35,129 nucleotides of DNA from Pseudomonadota bacterium (GTDB lineage: Bacteria; Desulfobacterota; Desulfobacteria; Desulfobacterales; ETH-SRB1): assembly GCA_018897415.1 (NCBI GenBank), contig JAHIKR010000064.1:1-35129 (forward strand), read 5' to 3'. Made by a program: the position numbers and the translations under genes. Under the pieces are notes generated by a model. That model was given only the letters and a program-made list of their open reading frames with translations. It was not told where the DNA came from and did not search any database. Positions 33,462 through 35,129 of this stretch are shown here, one piece after another. How positions within the stretch are numbered: position 1 is the first letter of the stretch; the number at the start of each line of letters is the position of its first letter.

Positions 33462-33503
33462 AAAGTATATGACATAGTGAGTAAAACCATTACGGATATT
33501 GAG

Positions 33504-34724
33504 ATGAAGCGTAAGATAAAGATAGTGCAAATCATGGCTCGTCTTAACATAGGGGGGGCTGCGATCCAGGCCATACTCCTCACGCAAGGTCTTGATCCTA
33601 ATCAATTCCAATCAGTTCTCGTTACTGGAAAAGTCTCAGCAAGTGAGGGGGATATGATCTACCTCGCTGATACGTATGGTGTAAAGCCGATCATCATTTC
33701 CAATCTTCAGAGAGATATTGGTATTCTTAATGATGTTAAAGCATTCTTGTGCGTTTTAAGGATCTTGAATAGAGAGAAACCGGATATTGTCCACACACAC
33801 ACAGCAAAGGCCGGCACAATCGGCAGGATAGCGACTTTTATCCACAACTTAGTTAATAGAGACAGAATTCGTGTTGTTCATACCTTTCATGGACATGTAT
33901 TTCACGGCTATTTTAGTAACATAATGTCAACAATGGTTATATTTACCGAGCGTATCCTATCGAAAATTACTGATATCATTATTGCCACAAGTGAAAGCCA
34001 GAAGAAAGAACTTGTATGTAATTACCGGATTGCACAGGCAAGCAAAGTCAGGGTGGTAAAACTTGGCGTTGATCTTGAGCCCTTCCTTTTATCTACACAA
34101 GAGAAAACGGCAATAGCCAAGAAAATAACCTGTCCTGCACTGAGAATTGGAATTGTTGGCAGGCTAGTTCCAATAAAGAATCACAAGATGTTTTTAGATT
34201 CAGCAAAAATTTTCCTCGAACAAAATCCATCAATTAAAGCAGCTTTTATAATTATTGGAGATGGTGAACTAAAACAAGAGCTGATTGACTATTGCCATAG
34301 GCTTGGATTGAGCGATCATGTTCAATTTTGCGGTTGGAAAAAAGAATTTTCGGAGATTTACACTAATCTTGATATAGTTGCCTTAACTTCAAACAATGAG
34401 GGAACTGCTATTGCGCTAATCGAAGCAATGGCATGTTCGGTGCCTGTTATCGCAACCAATGTCGGTGGTGTTCGGGATTTGGTGGGCAATTCGCAATTAG
34501 AGTTTATATCAGATGGCTTTAAAATATTTAAACGGGGCATTCTTTGCAGAGATAATGATGCCAAAGGATTTGCAAAAGGGATGGAATATCTGGTTAAAAA
34601 CAGGCAACTAAGTAAAGATATTGCAAAGGTTGCACAATCATTTGTTGTAGAACACTATTCAAAAGATCGTCTCCTTAGGGATATGGAATCATTTTATACC
34701 GAATTGCTAAATCAAGTCTCTTGA
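33504..34724 (+). CDS. Glycosyltransferase, GT4-like (GT-B)
   Basis: MKRKIKIVQIMARLNIGGAA N-terminus and NNEGTAIALIEAMACSVPVIATNVGGVRDLV. The alternative GTG start at 33477 begins only 16 nt after MITE C. Confidence 0.8.
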   Translation: MKRKIKIVQIMARLNIGGAAIQAILLTQGLDPNQFQSVLVTGKVSASEGDMIYLADTYGVKPIIISNLQRDIGILNDVKAFLCVLRILNREKPDIVHTHTAKAGTIGRIATFIHNLVNRDRIRVVHTFHGHVFHGYFSNIMSTMVIFTERILSKITDIIIATSESQKKELVCNYRIAQASKVRVVKLGVDLEPFLLSTQEKTAIAKKITCPALRIGIVGRLVPIKNHKMFLDSAKIFLEQNPSIKAAFIIIGDGELKQELIDYCHRLGLSDHVQFCGWKKEFSEIYTNLDIVALTSNNEGTAIALIEAMACSVPVIATNVGGVRDLVGNSQLEFISDGFKIFKRGILCRDNDAKGFAKGMEYLVKNRQLSKDIAKVAQSFVVEHYSKDRLLRDMESFYTELLNQVS

Positions 34725-34795
34725 AGCCAAAGCATTTCTCTTTTCAGGTCACTAACGAAATCCACTGCTATGGCCTTCAGCATATAACAGTGATA

Positions 34796-34962
34796 GAGAC
34801 CTTTGAAAAATGTTCAATTTTGTTCAAGTTCAAGGAAGGCGAAAATTTTAAATGCAGGAATACATTGAGTATTTCGAGGCTTAAAATTTGAGTCTGACAC
34901 AGGCACTTTAGTGAAGCTTTATAGCGCTAATTGGGCAAAAGGGGGCGTTTTGCAAAGGTCTC
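34796..34962 (-). mobile_element. MITE-like element B (167 bp), an inverted copy of element A, TSD TGATA
   Basis: Identical to the reverse complement of 4026-4192 at 164 of 167 positions by manual alignment. The flanking pentamers 34791-34795 and 34963-34967 are both TGATA. Confidence 0.85.
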
Positions 34963-34974
34963 TGATAATGTATC

Positions 34975-35129
34975 CTATTTCTTTTTCATATACCTGACAA
35001 TTTTTCTTAGCATTGTATCAAAATCAGTTTTTGGCTCAAAATCTATAATGCCCTTGATTTTTTCAGTACCAGGCACCCTGCGCTGCATATCTTCAAAATC
35101 TTTTCCAAATGCTTCATCATAGGGGATCA
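34975..35129 (-). CDS. 3' end of a convergent NAD-dependent sugar epimerase/dehydratase-like gene (partial; continues past the right edge)
   Basis: The minus-strand frame reads ...IPYDEAFGKDFEDMQRRVPGTEKIKGIIDFEPKTDFDTMLRKIVRYMKKK*. This is a typical C-terminus of extended-SDR epimerases. It is too short (51 codons) to appear in the ORF track. Confidence 0.6.
   Translation of the reverse strand, partial: IPYDEAFGKDFEDMQRRVPGTEKIKGIIDFEPKTDFDTMLRKIVRYMKKK

Noticed and set aside
33335-33583. 82-aa minus-strand ORF (contains IVIPVKTGIQSPIRSRTS)
   Set aside because: It is a translation of the repeat and hairpin interior of MITE C plus the antisense of the GT4 gene start. It is a repeat-derived pseudo-ORF.
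34931-35122. 63-aa + strand ORF at the right edge
   Set aside because: It starts inside MITE B and is antisense to a minus-strand frame that reads as a convincing epimerase/dehydratase C-terminus ending at 34975.
1-35129. tRNA, rRNA or known riboswitch genes
   Set aside because: Visual scanning of the intergenic regions found no cloverleaf-compatible segment or conserved rRNA or riboswitch core. A covariance-model scan would be needed to exclude them formally.

Overview
This 35.1-kb bacterial window is AT-rich. Its repeat content and gene set suggest a sulfate-reducer-like deltaproteobacterium, but that is a guess only. Almost all of it is one co-directional (+ strand) surface-glycan biosynthesis locus.

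Gene order, left to right:
- An AAA ATPase (DUF4143 type) and a small GxxExxY cassette.
- A membrane CapD/PglF/WbpM-type sugar 4,6-dehydratase.
- A roughly 30.6-kb operon-like block, containing:
  - an EPS-type MarR regulator;
  - a non-canonical nonulosonic-acid (NulO) gene set: PseB-like dehydratase, class-III aminotransferase, aldo/keto reductase, SpsF-type cytidylyltransferase, GNAT, RmlD-like reductase and NeuB-type synthase;
  - two B12-binding radical SAM enzymes;
  - an alkaline-phosphatase-superfamily enzyme;
  - an AsnB-like amidotransferase;
  - three recognisable glycosyltransferases and two large orphan GT-B-like proteins;
  - a Wzx flippase;
  - a truncated pyruvate-kinase-like gene plus an APS-kinase-like gene;
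  - a Kdo module (CBS-only KdsD remnant, kdsA, kdsB).
- A convergent epimerase-like gene that ends at the right edge.

The most striking structure lies outside the coding regions:
- The whole block is bracketed by two 167-bp elements in inverted orientation, 164/167 identical by manual alignment. Each has terminal inverted repeats and its own 5-bp target-site duplication.
- A third family member with different cargo lies between the last two glycosyltransferase genes.
- Inside the block, several sub-cassettes carry insertion scars. These are direct repeats that duplicate gene junctions, plus truncated gene fragments next to each radical SAM gene.

No rRNA, tRNA or CRISPR array was seen. All functional calls come from motif recognition by eye. 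No database search was possible.
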